Source: Euglena gracilis (Eukaryota). Taken from it: a DNA stretch of 64,000 nucleotides. Of the stretch, positions 50,834 through 61,975 are shown piece after piece; the first letter of the stretch is position 1, and each line of letters begins with the position of its first letter. The notes under the pieces were generated by a model, which had not been told where the DNA came from, ran no database searches, and saw nothing but the letters and a program-made list of their open reading frames with translations. The stretch covers positions 29,211,411-29,275,410 of the forward strand of contig CP154954.1 in assembly GCA_039621445.1 (NCBI GenBank), in the 5' to 3' direction. Made by a program: the position numbers and the translations under genes.

Positions 50834-53800
50834 ATGGCCTCATGGGGATCAAAGTTTGGAGAAGCATTTTCATTGGAGCGGAATTTTGATTTTGTACAAG
50901 ATTTCCACGAAAAAGCTAATTCGATCCTACGCACCCCCCTCTGGTCGGGGGGTATACCAGTGGGCGAAACGGGGGGTGGCCTGAGCCCTCCACCACCCGG
51001 AAAAACACTGGGCCCTGGCCAGGGAACGGCAGCCCCAGGGGTGGGTGACGGGCAGGAGTCAGCCGGCCAGGGGGCTGGGGTTTTCTGTCCGACACCCGCA
51101 GGGGGGGCCCGGGGTAGACATGGTACGCAGAGGAGTTTTTGCCAACCCTGTTGACAAAAAAAATTTCAGCCCAGAAAATACGGACAATTTTGATGGCACA
51201 GCCAGCATTAATCTTGCTGAAGATTTAAACATGATTACAGAGACAGGTTCTGCTAGTCATACCAACAGAATCTGTGGAAATGTTGGAAGTTGCAGCCCTC
51301 AGCTAAACATGGTTAGCAAAGGCAGCTTCGCCAGCTCTGTTGGTGAAGAATTTTCGAAATCGGCAAACCTGAATTCTTCTGAATCTGTGGAAATCAGCAA
51401 TTTTCAATCACAGTCTGGTTCTGATACGTGTTCAGAAATTTCAAACTCAGACTTTTTCAGGTGGGAACCCAGAAAATGTGTTTGGCATTAACATGATAAC
51501 GGCCAGTCCCCATGAATCACAGGGGGGGATGAAAATCAGCTGGTGCAATGGACGGGTTCACCCCCCCAGTATCAAAGCGACAGTGAAATTGACAGTGACA
51601 GGGGGTCTGGACTCAGCCAGTTTGAAGAAACATAACAACTTTTGGTGGCTGCAGGTTGGATACCCCCCAGGTTTCAGATTTTTGGTCCAAATCAGTTTCC
51701 AAATTTTGGAGCCGAAATACCCCAGATTGAGGGGGTAACTCCAATTTTATTGTTGGAAGACAGGGGGACAGCCAGCCACAGCGAAATAACTGTCGATGGA
51801 CAGACATTTTTTTCAGAATCAACCAGAATGTATTCTGAATCAAAATTTTCTGGGGTGCAATCTGCAAATCTGGGCTGTGGTGCATCATCATCATCGGGGG
51901 TGTTAAATCTGGCAGCATCAAAAACCCAAGTGGAGGAGGACGAAGAAATGGAACCCCAGCCACCTGATTTAGGAGTGGAGGGGGCTGACATTTCAGATTG
52001 GGACGCATGGGATAATTGGGCCCAGGGGGTGGACTGCCAATTAGCTGAGCTGAACCGAAGTTTAACTTACTGGGAAAGTATTATACCCCCCCAGGTGGTT
52101 GTGGAAAATCGGCTGGAAGGTTTTGAGCGAGAATTGGGTGAAAAAAATTCTCGAGCAAAGGCTGAACTTTTACAGTTTATTCAGCAAAATGTGGAACAGC
52201 GAAACACTGAAATTTGCAGCCAGTTTGAACAGCAAAAACAGAAAACTCAGGAGGAAATTCAGCAGTCAGTCAGCCATTTTATTTTCTCTTGTTTGAGTTT
52301 TGAGCAAATTGCAGAGTGAAACATCTGAGGCTTTTCAAAAAAAAAAAAATGAAAAGTTCTTTCTTGAAGACTCTTTCATTTGAAAAGGGCCGGTCCATCA
52401 TGTCCACTATGTGTCCAAGATTCACGGCAGAGCACCACCGTGCCCCCCCCCTCTGCTACAAGCGCAGGGTCCAAATAAAAGCGCACCCCCCCAAGGTTGA
52501 CTTGTTTTTTTTTGAAACAAAAAAAAACATGTTTTTTTTAAAAAAATATGTTTTTTTAAAAAAAACAAAAAAACGTCATGGAGGGTTTGGGGGAAAAATT
52601 TTTTGCAATGTTTTTTTTGGGAAAAAGTGCATTTTTTATCTCTACAACATTCATTTTTTTGGGTTGAAAGCATGATTTTTCGCACCAGAAAACACAGATT
52701 TGGAAATACTTTCACACATTTGAAAAAAAAAAACTTCACAGGGGGTGTTCCCCCCATGACCCCCCTCCCCCAACCCGACCTAAGACCCGTTTCGGCCATT
52801 TTTTTTCTGAAAAACTTGGCCGGTGATGCCTAATTTGACAAAATATTCTGGTAGATTTCCTGATTTTCGTTTGGGGGATTCCTATTTTGGAGCTTTTTCC
52901 CAAAAATTCGTTTTCGGTGATTTCTAATCTGGCCACCGAAAATGTGACCCCCCCCCTCGTGACCCCCCGTGACCCCCCCCCCCTCGTGACCCGAACGACC
53001 CGCGAAAAATTTTCTTCAAAAAATGGTCATTTCGCAAGGAAAAAGGTCAATTTTTGCTTTTTCAAAAAAAACATGTTTTTTTTGCGTTTTTTTTTAAAAA
53101 AAACGTCAACCCTGCCCCCCCCCCCCCCCGCCGCCGCCGAAGGCGGCGGTCCGCTACAAGCGCACCCGTGCTTCTATTAGGGGGGGGGTACCAGTCTTCT
53201 TAGCAAATTGCTCATTGGGGGAGGGGGGCTCATCACAGTGCCAGCAAGGGGGGAATGCGGTGGAAAATATTGCCAACTGCCACAAACAACTTTTGTCAAT
53301 CGAAATTGAAAGACAGGTTGAAGGAAAATCCCAGATTTTTGAGAAATCTGTGAAAGATTACTTGGATGGGCAGTTGAGCGAAATTTTGAAAAGGGAAAAG
53401 GAAAATGAAGCCAGATTTTCAGGTCTTTTTGACCAAGTTGGGATTTGTTCTCGGGCTGTGGGAGAAAACAAATTGGAGTTGCAAAAAGAAATTTCTGCGC
53501 TTCAGAATGCAAACCGTGAGCTGTGCTCTGGGGTAAACCAACGATTCACAGAAATTGCTGCTGGGCTGAAAACTGTTGGGGAGGAGTCTAAGACAAATTT
53601 TGGAACACTAATAAGTGAAATGCAGCAGCGATTTCAGACAGTGAATCAGGAGAGCAAAGCTCTGGGGGACAGATTGGCTGGGATCGAGAAATTTCTGGGC
53701 AGCCAGGAGGTAGGTGCCTTGGGACAAAGTTGTTGAAATGATGGGGAAAACAGAAGAAACGATACAAATTCAGGTTCGGAGGGAAATGGCAGCTCAGGTC

Positions 53801-54262
53801 AGAAAAATGATGGAAATCATGATGACCCAAATGATGGAGGAAAAAATGAGACAAGTGCAAAAAGAAGAACATTTTGACAAGCTGCGAAATGACATGGAAA
53901 ATTGTATGAAACAGCAGTTTTGTGCGATTTTGGGCAAAATTCAAACAGATTTTTCAAAGGAAAAAAGCCATAGGGAGGTTGTCCAAAATCTGTGCAACAA
54001 TTTTGAGGCAAGGTTGAAGGCCATTGAAGGGAGGGTGCAACAAATTTTGACTGAAACGGCCCAGCCCAAGGCATCTGCGGTTACACAGCCCAAGCCAGTT
54101 TTTAAGCCGAATTCTGGTTTTGTTGGAATTAAGGGAGTGAAGCCGGTTCAGCCAATTGAAATCTGGGATCTTAATCTGGGATTAGAAGGGGGCCCAGATT
54201 TAGGGGATGGATCATTGATGGTGGGCCAGGTGAGTATCAATGCCATAGGGGGGGGCATATGA
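50834..54262 (+). pseudogene. Long N-terminal region of the retrotransposon ORF1 (Ser/acidic low-complexity, then coiled coil), fragmented
   Basis: Chain of same-strand ORF pieces (50834 MASWGSKF..., 51045-51491, 51642-52271, 53197-53736, 53714-54262) joined by frameshifts, several at homopolymers. Q/E/K heptad-like segments such as LELQKEISALQNANRELCSGVNQRF. Removing 52272-53196 restores the frame (QQSV|FLANCS). Confidence 0.65.
52272..53191. mobile_element. Non-coding insertion (composite MITE-like) in ORF1
   Basis: Abrupt switch to homopolymer-rich repeat sequence. CAGTC occurs on both sides (52267-52271, 53192-53196), and excision restores the reading frame. Confidence 0.7.
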
Positions 54263-54272
54263 ACGGTCACCA

Positions 54273-55637
54273 ATGCTCACTGTTGCGTCTGCAGCTACAC
54301 AACATATTTTGCGAAATGTCGCTGTCCCAAAATTTTCAGGTCATTCAAGTGATTGGCTAAACTTCAAGGGTGAGTGGGTGAGATTTATTCGAAAATTCAA
54401 TCAAGTTTCAGAAGCGGATAAATTGGGCCTCCTGGAACTTTGTTTGGATGACTTGGGGAAAAAACAGCTCAATTTGCATTTGGATGAAATGGGGGAGGCA
54501 CTAACTTTCAATGAAGTGTGGGCCAAGTTGGATGCCTGGCACTCGAGAAATGAAGAGTTTGGGGCCAGAAAAAATTTTCGGGATCTCACGTTGTGTCATC
54601 AAGGGAGGGTTACAAGTCGTGATTGGGAAAATTTCAAAGTTGACTTCAAGTTGTGTCGACAAAAAATCAAGGATGCCAGTGAGGGGGAGGTGAAAAGATT
54701 ACTCATCGAAAAAATGCCTCCTTTTATTGTGCATTGGATTACTGATGAGGAAGAACGGATCAAAACCAGCCAACCAACCGTTCGAATGAACTATCCACAG
54801 CCAACCACCACAGCCGTTATGGAAAATTTTGTGATGATTTTCGCTGGGAAGAAACCCACAAGAGTCACAAAATTGAGCGAGACGGATTTCGAAATTGTGT
54901 TGCCGAATGTGCAAAGTTGTGAAACACTCAAAAGTTACAATGGGAAAGAATTTAATGATTCCAATGTTTTGGTTCGGGTTCGAGAAAATGAACCAAATTT
55001 GAGTGTTGAAGACATTTTCCGTCTCGTGACTTCAAAATTGGCACTCAGAGATCGGCAAGACTTAATGCTAAACCCCAATCACAGCCAAACCTCATACAGA
55101 CGTTCTCGATCGGTGGGGGCGGAGAACAAAGGGGGGAAATCCAACAGTCGGGAGGGTTCACCCTCAAAGAAACGTTCTTTTTCTGGAAAGCAGGTGGCAT
55201 CTCCAACATCTTTTACACCCAAGTCCACAAGTTCCGACTTGCCCAATGTTTCAAATGGTTCTGTTCCGATTTCCTCTGAAAGTCATACTCAAAATCTTAC
55301 ACAAAATGCAGAACCTCCAAAATCTGTGCCAAATGCCAATGGTGGAGTTTGGGTTCAAGCACCACCAAGATCGTCTCCATGGCCAACTTGGCAACCCCAA
55401 AATCAAAACCAAAACTCTTGGAAAGGCCAAAGTTTCAAGGGTGCTCAAAATTATCAAGGCCAAGGACGATATGGGGGAAGGGGGTCCAGCCAATCGAATG
55501 GAAATTGGAATCAACAATCTTCCCAAAAAGGAAAGGGCAAAGGCAAAGGCCAAGGGAAAGATTCTTCCAAAGGCAACGGTTGGAAGGGAGGGGGGTACAA
55601 TGCAAACCGAAATGTTGCACCCCCAGTCCGTCTTTAG
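54273..55637 (+). CDS. gag: Gag-like protein: capsid-like region, RRM-like insert, G/K/Q/N-rich basic tail
   Basis: VPKFSGHSSDWLNFKGEW...DKLGLLELCL resembles retrotransposon Gag N-termini. It lies directly upstream of pol, and the tail (KGKGKGKGQGK, GRYGGRG) has no CCHC knuckle. Confidence 0.75.
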   Translation: MLTVASAATQHILRNVAVPKFSGHSSDWLNFKGEWVRFIRKFNQVSEADKLGLLELCLDDLGKKQLNLHLDEMGEALTFNEVWAKLDAWHSRNEEFGARKNFRDLTLCHQGRVTSRDWENFKVDFKLCRQKIKDASEGEVKRLLIEKMPPFIVHWITDEEERIKTSQPTVRMNYPQPTTTAVMENFVMIFAGKKPTRVTKLSETDFEIVLPNVQSCETLKSYNGKEFNDSNVLVRVRENEPNLSVEDIFRLVTSKLALRDRQDLMLNPNHSQTSYRRSRSVGAENKGGKSNSREGSPSKKRSFSGKQVASPTSFTPKSTSSDLPNVSNGSVPISSESHTQNLTQNAEPPKSVPNANGGVWVQAPPRSSPWPTWQPQNQNQNSWKGQSFKGAQNYQGQGRYGGRGSSQSNGNWNQQSSQKGKGKGKGQGKDSSKGNGWKGGGYNANRNVAPPVRL

Positions 55638-56072
55638 GGACGCCGGGGTCATGTTTTTGAGGGGTTTACATCCTCGGGCATCAAAAACCCCCACAATATT
55701 TTGCATAACCCAACCACATCTCCATGTGGAGAATGTTACCATGTTGGAGAATGTGTGTCTCTATCTTCCAGTCCCTCTATCTCAGGTTCAAAGTCAACCA
55801 ATCAAGAGTTTGCAATGCCGAAGACAGGCAATGGTGCAACTGAAGACAATTCAATGAATTCATCATCAACAATTGACTCAAGAAGGCAAGTGGCCTCGAG
55901 CCAATGGCAGCCCGTGTCGAGGAAGGGCAAGCCGGGCAAACCGTGGACTCGACCCAAACCGTGGACCAGGTGTGCAAGCCAGGAGAGTGCACGGCCCAGT
56001 TTCAACAATTATTATGGTTGTTTGAGTGGAAGAGGATCCATCAAAGGTGTGGGAAGCAGGAGAATTCCCAAG

Positions 56073-56670
56073 GCGTTGGATTTGTTTTCGGGAAAAGGAT
56101 CTGTGGGGAGGTGTTTGGAGGAAAACGGATACCAGGTGGTATCTTTGGATGTCAACCCAAAATTTCACCCAACCCATATAACGGATATTTTGGAGTGGGA
56201 TTATCGCAAATACCCCCAGGGATATTTTGAAGTTATTGCGGCCGGTGTGCCATGCACGGAGTATAGCCTTGCAAAAACGATAGGGGGTAGGGACATGCAA
56301 ACGGCAGATCGCCTTGTCGAAAAAACTTTGGAGATCGTGGAATATTTTCAACCCAAATTGTGGTGGATTGAAAATCCCCGTACGGGATATTTACCCAAAC
56401 GGCAATGTGTTCGAAATTTGAATTTCATTGATGTTGATTATTGCCAATTTTCTGATTGGGGATACCAAAAACCAACCCGTATTTGGGGGAGTGAGAATCT
56501 CTTAAGTTTGAAGGACAAAGTTTGTGATGGAAAAACCTGCCCCAACATGGTGTTGAAGGAGGGGGGCAGGTGGGCACACAAGGAGCAATTGGGTGGGAGG
56601 CATATGCACACGAGCACACATCAAAAATGGAGAATGCCTCAAAATTTGATTGAATATCTTCTTTCGGCCC
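56073..56670 (+). CDS. DNA (cytosine-5)-methyltransferase domain within pol
   Basis: Motif I ALDLFSGKGS (FxGxG); II VSLDV; III TDILEWD; IV AGVPCTEYS with catalytic PC at 56250-56255; VI WWIENP at 56370-56378; VIII-like YCQFSDWGYQKPTRIW; X-like WRMPQNLIEYL. No stops or frameshifts. Confidence 0.9.
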
Positions 56671-56707
56671 TTGATTTTAAGGAGGAGAAATTTTCTTTCA
56701 AAAGAGA

Positions 56708-57100
56708 GGACTGTGCCGTGAGAAACTCTTTTGTGAAATTGATTGAGGAGAAATTTCAAAGGAGAGCCGAAATGGATTGTTTTGCTTTAATCAAAAATTC
56801 TCAATGTGCTTCTTTTTTGACGAAGGAGGAAAATGCCTTGAGCGTTGATTGGGGGAAGGGGGGCACGGTGTGGTTGAATCCCCCATGGTCGTTATTGCAT
56901 AAGGTGGCAAAAAAGTTGCAAAAAACCCCGTGTGATGCAATTTGCATTGTTCCCGATTGGCAAAGGGGATGGGTGAGACAACTTGTGCGAAAGGCGACAC
57001 AAAAATTGTATTTTCAGCCTGGAACAAAGCTTTTCGAAGTGGATGGGAAACCCATGGGAGGTGTGAAGGGGGGAGTTTGGGCCTTGTTGATAGAGGGTAA
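56708..57100 (+). CDS. Dam/DIRS-type amino (N6-adenine-like) DNA methyltransferase domain within pol
   Basis: MDCFA...N...F....ENALSVDW....VWLNPPWSLL..V..KL.....AICIVPDW...W matches the layout of phage Dam-like and DIRS1 MTase domains. Catalytic NPPW at 56877-56888. Confidence 0.85.
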
Positions 57101-57209
57101 CAAGCCCCCCACTAGCACTAACACGTCTAAAGAACCAAAGGTTGTGCGTTTGAAGTCACGTATGGTGAAGAAAATGTACTCACCCGCAGGGGTGAGCAAA
57201 TTTTCAAAG

Positions 57210-57600
57210 GGTCGGCAACTTTTGATTCGCACAAAGGTGATTTTGGTCAACGGGGAGGAACGGGATATGGATATTTTGGTGGATACGGGGGCGGAAGCAA
57301 ACCTCATAAGGCAAGGATTCGTAAGTCACCTAATGCACTCGGCTGAAAATCCCCTTAAGTTTGAAACGGCTAATGGCCAAGTTTTAAGTGGGGGGACAAG
57401 GTGCACTAAGGTGAGAATGAAGTTGCTTGGGGAGGAGAATAATGGGACACCACCCGAATGTTTTGAGTATGAAGTGGAATTTTACGAAGCAAACATAAAA
57501 GTGGATGCCATTTTGTCATTCCCATGGCTTGCCCAAGCAAAACTTGGAGTTTTTCCACATCACCGAGCTTTGGTTTTGGAAACCCCCGAGCTCACATTTT
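57210..57600 (+). CDS. Retropepsin-like aspartic protease
   Basis: ILVDTGAEANLI (DTG at 57282-57290), flap-like ETANG, and DAILSFPWL (ILG.PWL equivalent). The frame runs into an insertion at 57601. Confidence 0.9.
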
Positions 57601-59405
57601 GGAGCTGGGGTATCTGGCTGGCCGCGGCTAGCCGCGGCTGGCTGGCTGGCAAAAAAAAGGAGGAGGTCTGGCAAGCCATGGCCAGCCACGGCTGGCTGGG
57701 GGACTTAGAGGAGGAGGAGGAGGTCTGGCTGGATTCAGTTTTGATGATCTGAAAGAGGAGGAGGCTGGCTGGCAGCGATGGGCGGCGCTGGCGCCAAAAA
57801 TTTTTTCGCGACACGGGCAATTCTTGATTCTGAGTGGTTTCTGCACAAAATGTCAGACTGCAGTGCGAAGTGATTTCACCTGGGCAGAGTAGCTCCTTTG
57901 ATACATCTATGATTCCCTACGTCTGGTGCTGCTCCACTTCCCCCCATTCGCTTCTGGTCATTATTCTACTGTACCTGGTGGCTCCTGGTCCCAGCCCATG
58001 GATTTAGGCGACGCATCTTATTCTTTCCGCACCTGGGACCTCTCACAGGTGTCACAGTATTTTCAGCCCGACAACGTGTCCGTGCCAGTCCACAAGCCCA
58101 CTGTGTCAGTTTGTGCTGTGGCTATTGACCCCTGGCCTGTCCCTGTGGGTCCCCACCGGTGGCCACCGGCAGCTGTGGACCCCACCCAGCTTTTGGATCT
58201 ATTGACCTCTGTCGACATTCATCTGGTGGCCCCCCATGGCCCACGTGCAGATTTAATTGTCACTGCATTTTGTTTTCTTCTTCCCATGGTTCTATGCTTT
58301 GGCCTGCAATTGTTGTTTTTTCGGTTTGGCCCCTTCCCGTGACCCCCCCATTCTGGTACTTTTGACCCTGATTTTGAAATTACCCCCCCCCCCTAGATGT
58401 ATGACCACCCCTCATTTATGACCACCCCCCGGTCACTTGTTGAACACCACTTTACCAATGATCGCCACCTCATTTATGCCTCCCCCCGGTCACAGGTTGC
58501 AGGTTATGGGGGTGTTTTGAACCCCCCGGTCACTGGTTGCAGGAAGTTGGTCATACGGCTAGGGGGGGGGGGTAGTAGGTTGGACCTCTGGCTGACAGTG
58601 GGTTATTTGAAACACTACCCAAGGCCCAGTGCGGTGCCTACCCCCACGGGGGGGGGGGGGGGCAGGTGACCTGAAATGGACGTTGTCAATTTTTTTTGTT
58701 TTGTCCCTTCCAGACCAGCACCAACCCCGATTTTGATCAATAAGCAAAAGCTTGAGCCCGATTTTTTTTTAAAAAAAGGGCGGCTTGGCCCAGGCTTACC
58801 GCGGAAAAAGAAGAGTGCATCCGGCTGCTTCAATTTTACCGCAGCCTGAGTGAAAAAAGTGGGAAATTTTCCGCGTAAGATTCCTAAATTGGGCTCCCAA
58901 AGGTCGTCTGCTCTGTCCTCCACGTGTGCCTTCCCGTTTGCGTCCCACACTGCCCTTACCGAACAGTGCGTATTTGATTTTGTGCAATCTTTTTTCAACC
59001 TCGGGGGCGTGGGGGGGGGCGGAGAGGAACGGGGGGGGCTAAACACAGGGGGAGAAGGACTGGGGGGGTTTGACGGCTGGGTGTGCGGGCGCGGCGGGGG
59101 GGGGGGGGGAGCGGCCTGGGGGGGGCATGCGAGGTCATGCACTAAAGAGGAGGAGGCCCAAGCCACGGCCAGCCGCGGCTAGCCGTGGCTGGTGGCTGGT
59201 AGAAAAGAGGAGGAGGAGGTCTGGCTGGTGGCTGGTCAAAAAAAGAGGAGGAGGAGGTCTGGCCGGTATCTGGCTGGCCGTGGGGACCGCAGCTCCTTTT
59301 GCTCGGTGTGCGTGATTTCAGAAAACGGCGTCATTCAAACACTTCCAAAATTTTGCCCCAAGAGGGGGGCACGGCCCATTTGCACAAATTCGGTTTCCAA
59401 CTACC
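57601..59405. mobile_element. 1.8-kb insertion between protease and RT
   Basis: Ends GGAGCTGG...CCAACTACC (imperfect TIR), flanked by TTT/TTT. Internal GGCTGG/GAGGAG repeats at both ends. Pol-like sequence resumes at LSGFDQ. Confidence 0.75.
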
Positions 59406-61975
59406 TTTGAGTGGGTTTGATCAAAGAAGTCGCTTTTTGGATGACCGAACCCTGAAATTTTTGCACAAAAATTTGAACGTGTCCGAAGCAACCCCCCAAC
59501 CGATCCGACGGATGATAATTGCAAGGGAGGGGGGGGGATGCAAATAATGAAGAGGAGGAAGATAAGGATGAAGGCAAGTTAAGGCTATTAAGGGAGGAAA
59601 TTCAACAAAAGTATGAAGGAACGGTTTTTAGGTCAACGGTATTCCCGGACCCACCCGTAAGGGGACCCTATGGGTATGCTTTTATACCTTTGAAGGAAGG
59701 AGCAACACCAACTCGACAAAAACCATTCTTTATGCACGGCGAACGAAAAGAAGCTTTGGAAAAAATCACTCAAGATTGGATCGATATGAAATTCATCGAG
59801 CCAGCCACAACAAAAAATTCAGAATGGCTCGCACAAACTTTCCCCATGCCCAAAAAGTCTCCCGATTTTCCTTGGAGGGGGGTTGTTGACATGAGGGGAC
59901 CCAATAGCCAAACCCGTAGGTGCAACTACCCTCTTCCGAAAATCGAGGATATCCTGGTGAAGCATGGTGGCAACCAAATGTTCTCCATTTTGGACTTAAA
60001 ACAAGCATTCCACCAACAACCGCTTCACCCGGATAGCCGGCCAATAACTTGCTCCTTCACACCAAAGGGTCTCTACCAATGGAGGGTCAATGTAATGGGG
60101 TTAACTAATGCCTCACCACAATTTCAACAAGTGATGGATGAGAGGCTAGCACCCGTAAGGGACATAGCAACCCCATACATAGATGATATTTTGGTAGGGA
60201 CAACCGTTGGGGAGGGGGAAGACCTCCTAGAGGCGCACAAACGGGATTTGTGCCGAGTTTTGGATTTGTTGGCGAAAGAATTTTTTGTGGTGGACCCAAA
60301 AAAGGCAAAATTGTTCATCAAGGAAGTGGAATTTTGTGGCCAAATTTTGGGTCATGGTGCCCGATGGCCAGCACCGGGCAAACTTCGTGCCATTGAGAAA
60401 TGGGAGGTTCCCACAACCATAACGGCATTAAGAGCTTTCCTTGGTTTTACCAACTACTACAACGCATACATCCATATGTATGCTCAAATTGCCGCACCGT
60501 TGCAAGACAAATTGAAGGTGCCTAGGGATGTTGGTAAAAAGGGAAGCAAAAAAAGAGTTGAATTTGGGGAGGGGGATCTCCAAGCGTTTGAGGAGTTGAA
60601 GAAGCGTTTGTGTTCGGGTTTAATCCTTCAACGTGTAGACCCCGATAAACCCTTCGTATTAAGGGTAGATGCAAGTGGGTACGCCGTGGGGGCTACACTA
60701 GAACAACTTAAGGAAGGAGATGGTAAGCCCACACCCCAAGACGTGATGGATAAGAAAACGGTGCCTATTGCCTTCATGTCCCGAAAACTTACCGTGGGGC
60801 AAAGGAAATGGACCTCCCGTGAGTTGGAGACTTATGCCATAATTTTGGCTCTCCAAAAATGGGAAAGTTGGATCGGTCTTCAACCCGTTTTGGTGTTGAC
60901 TGACCACCAAAGTTTGGAGGCATGGTCAAAAGAGGTGCTCGATACCCCCAGTGGTCCGGTGGGTAGGAGGGCACGATGGCACCAGATTTTTTCAAAATAT
61001 GATTTGACGGTGGGGTACATACCGGGTAAAGAAAACACAATTGCCGACACTTTGAGTCGGTGGGCTTACCCGGCCTCACAAGCATTAAGGGACGTAAGCA
61101 AACACGGTTCAGCCGAGGATAAGGAAGAAATGGAGGAACTCATAAGAGAGGAAAGGGAAGACGAAAGAAATTGTTTGTGGATTAGAGTGAAAAATCAGCC
61201 CAACAACCGTAACACGTGGATTAGAGGGGTGATAACCCGTAGCGGGAAATTGGTGGAACCAAAAGATTCCATGGATAGCATGCAAGAGAGGGGAACCGAG
61301 AGTGTAGTAAATCCGGGAGGCATAGACACCACCGTTGACACACACTCACAAGGGCCCAGGTCAAAGGGGAAAAAGGACAAAAAGTTGAGAGTCACTTTTT
61401 GGGATGGAATGGACCCCGCGGGTAATTTGGTGAGCGACCCAAAACTTTCATCCAATGAGTTACCGAGGGGGGGAACGTGCACGGGAGAAGGTGAGGCCAC
61501 ACCAACTCCAAGTGTAACCCCCAAGGGAACGAAATCGGTTTGGGAGCAAGATTGGGTGGTTGCATACACTTTGTGTCCCACGTGGAAAAAGATTTGGCAA
61601 GCAACACAAGAAAATGGTGAGTGGCCTAAGGGGGTGAAAGTCCACAAAAACCAAATGTTTCGAGGGGAGAAGTTGTGCATTCCGCTAAGTTTTCAAGAAA
61701 TGATCATCCTTGAAAACCACAAATTCCTTGGACACGTTGGTCCTGAAAAGGTGTGGAGGCACGTCAATTTGAGGTATGCATGGGCTGATGAAAAAAAGGC
61801 GAAAATTTTCACGGACAGTTGTAGCAAAAATTGCACAACATGCCAAGCGAGCTCGAGGGGGGAGACATTGAAAGGACCCTTTGACTCAACACCCATACCA
61901 CCCGCACCCATGGTAAGTGTGGCTATCGATCTTTTCAAAATGCCGAAGGTGTTGTACGAGGGGGGGGGAGTATAA
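59406..61975 (+). CDS. pol: Reverse transcriptase, RNase H and integrase zinc-binding domain
   Basis: RT: WRGVVDMRGPN, LDLKQAFHQ, MGLTNASPQFQ, YIDD at 60176-60187. RNase H: VDASGYAVG, ELETYAI, TDHQSL, NTIADTLSR. Integrase HKFLGH...CTTC and first D (AIDLF). Frameshift at the G-run near 59530. Confidence 0.95.

Noticed and set aside
55701-57752. Bacterial restriction-modification contamination
   Set aside because: The MTases are in frame with a retroviral-type protease and Gag, and the element is interrupted by host-type repeats.
57601-57752. C-terminal W-rich tail of the 683-aa ORF
   Set aside because: It is read-through into the inserted element, not part of Pol.
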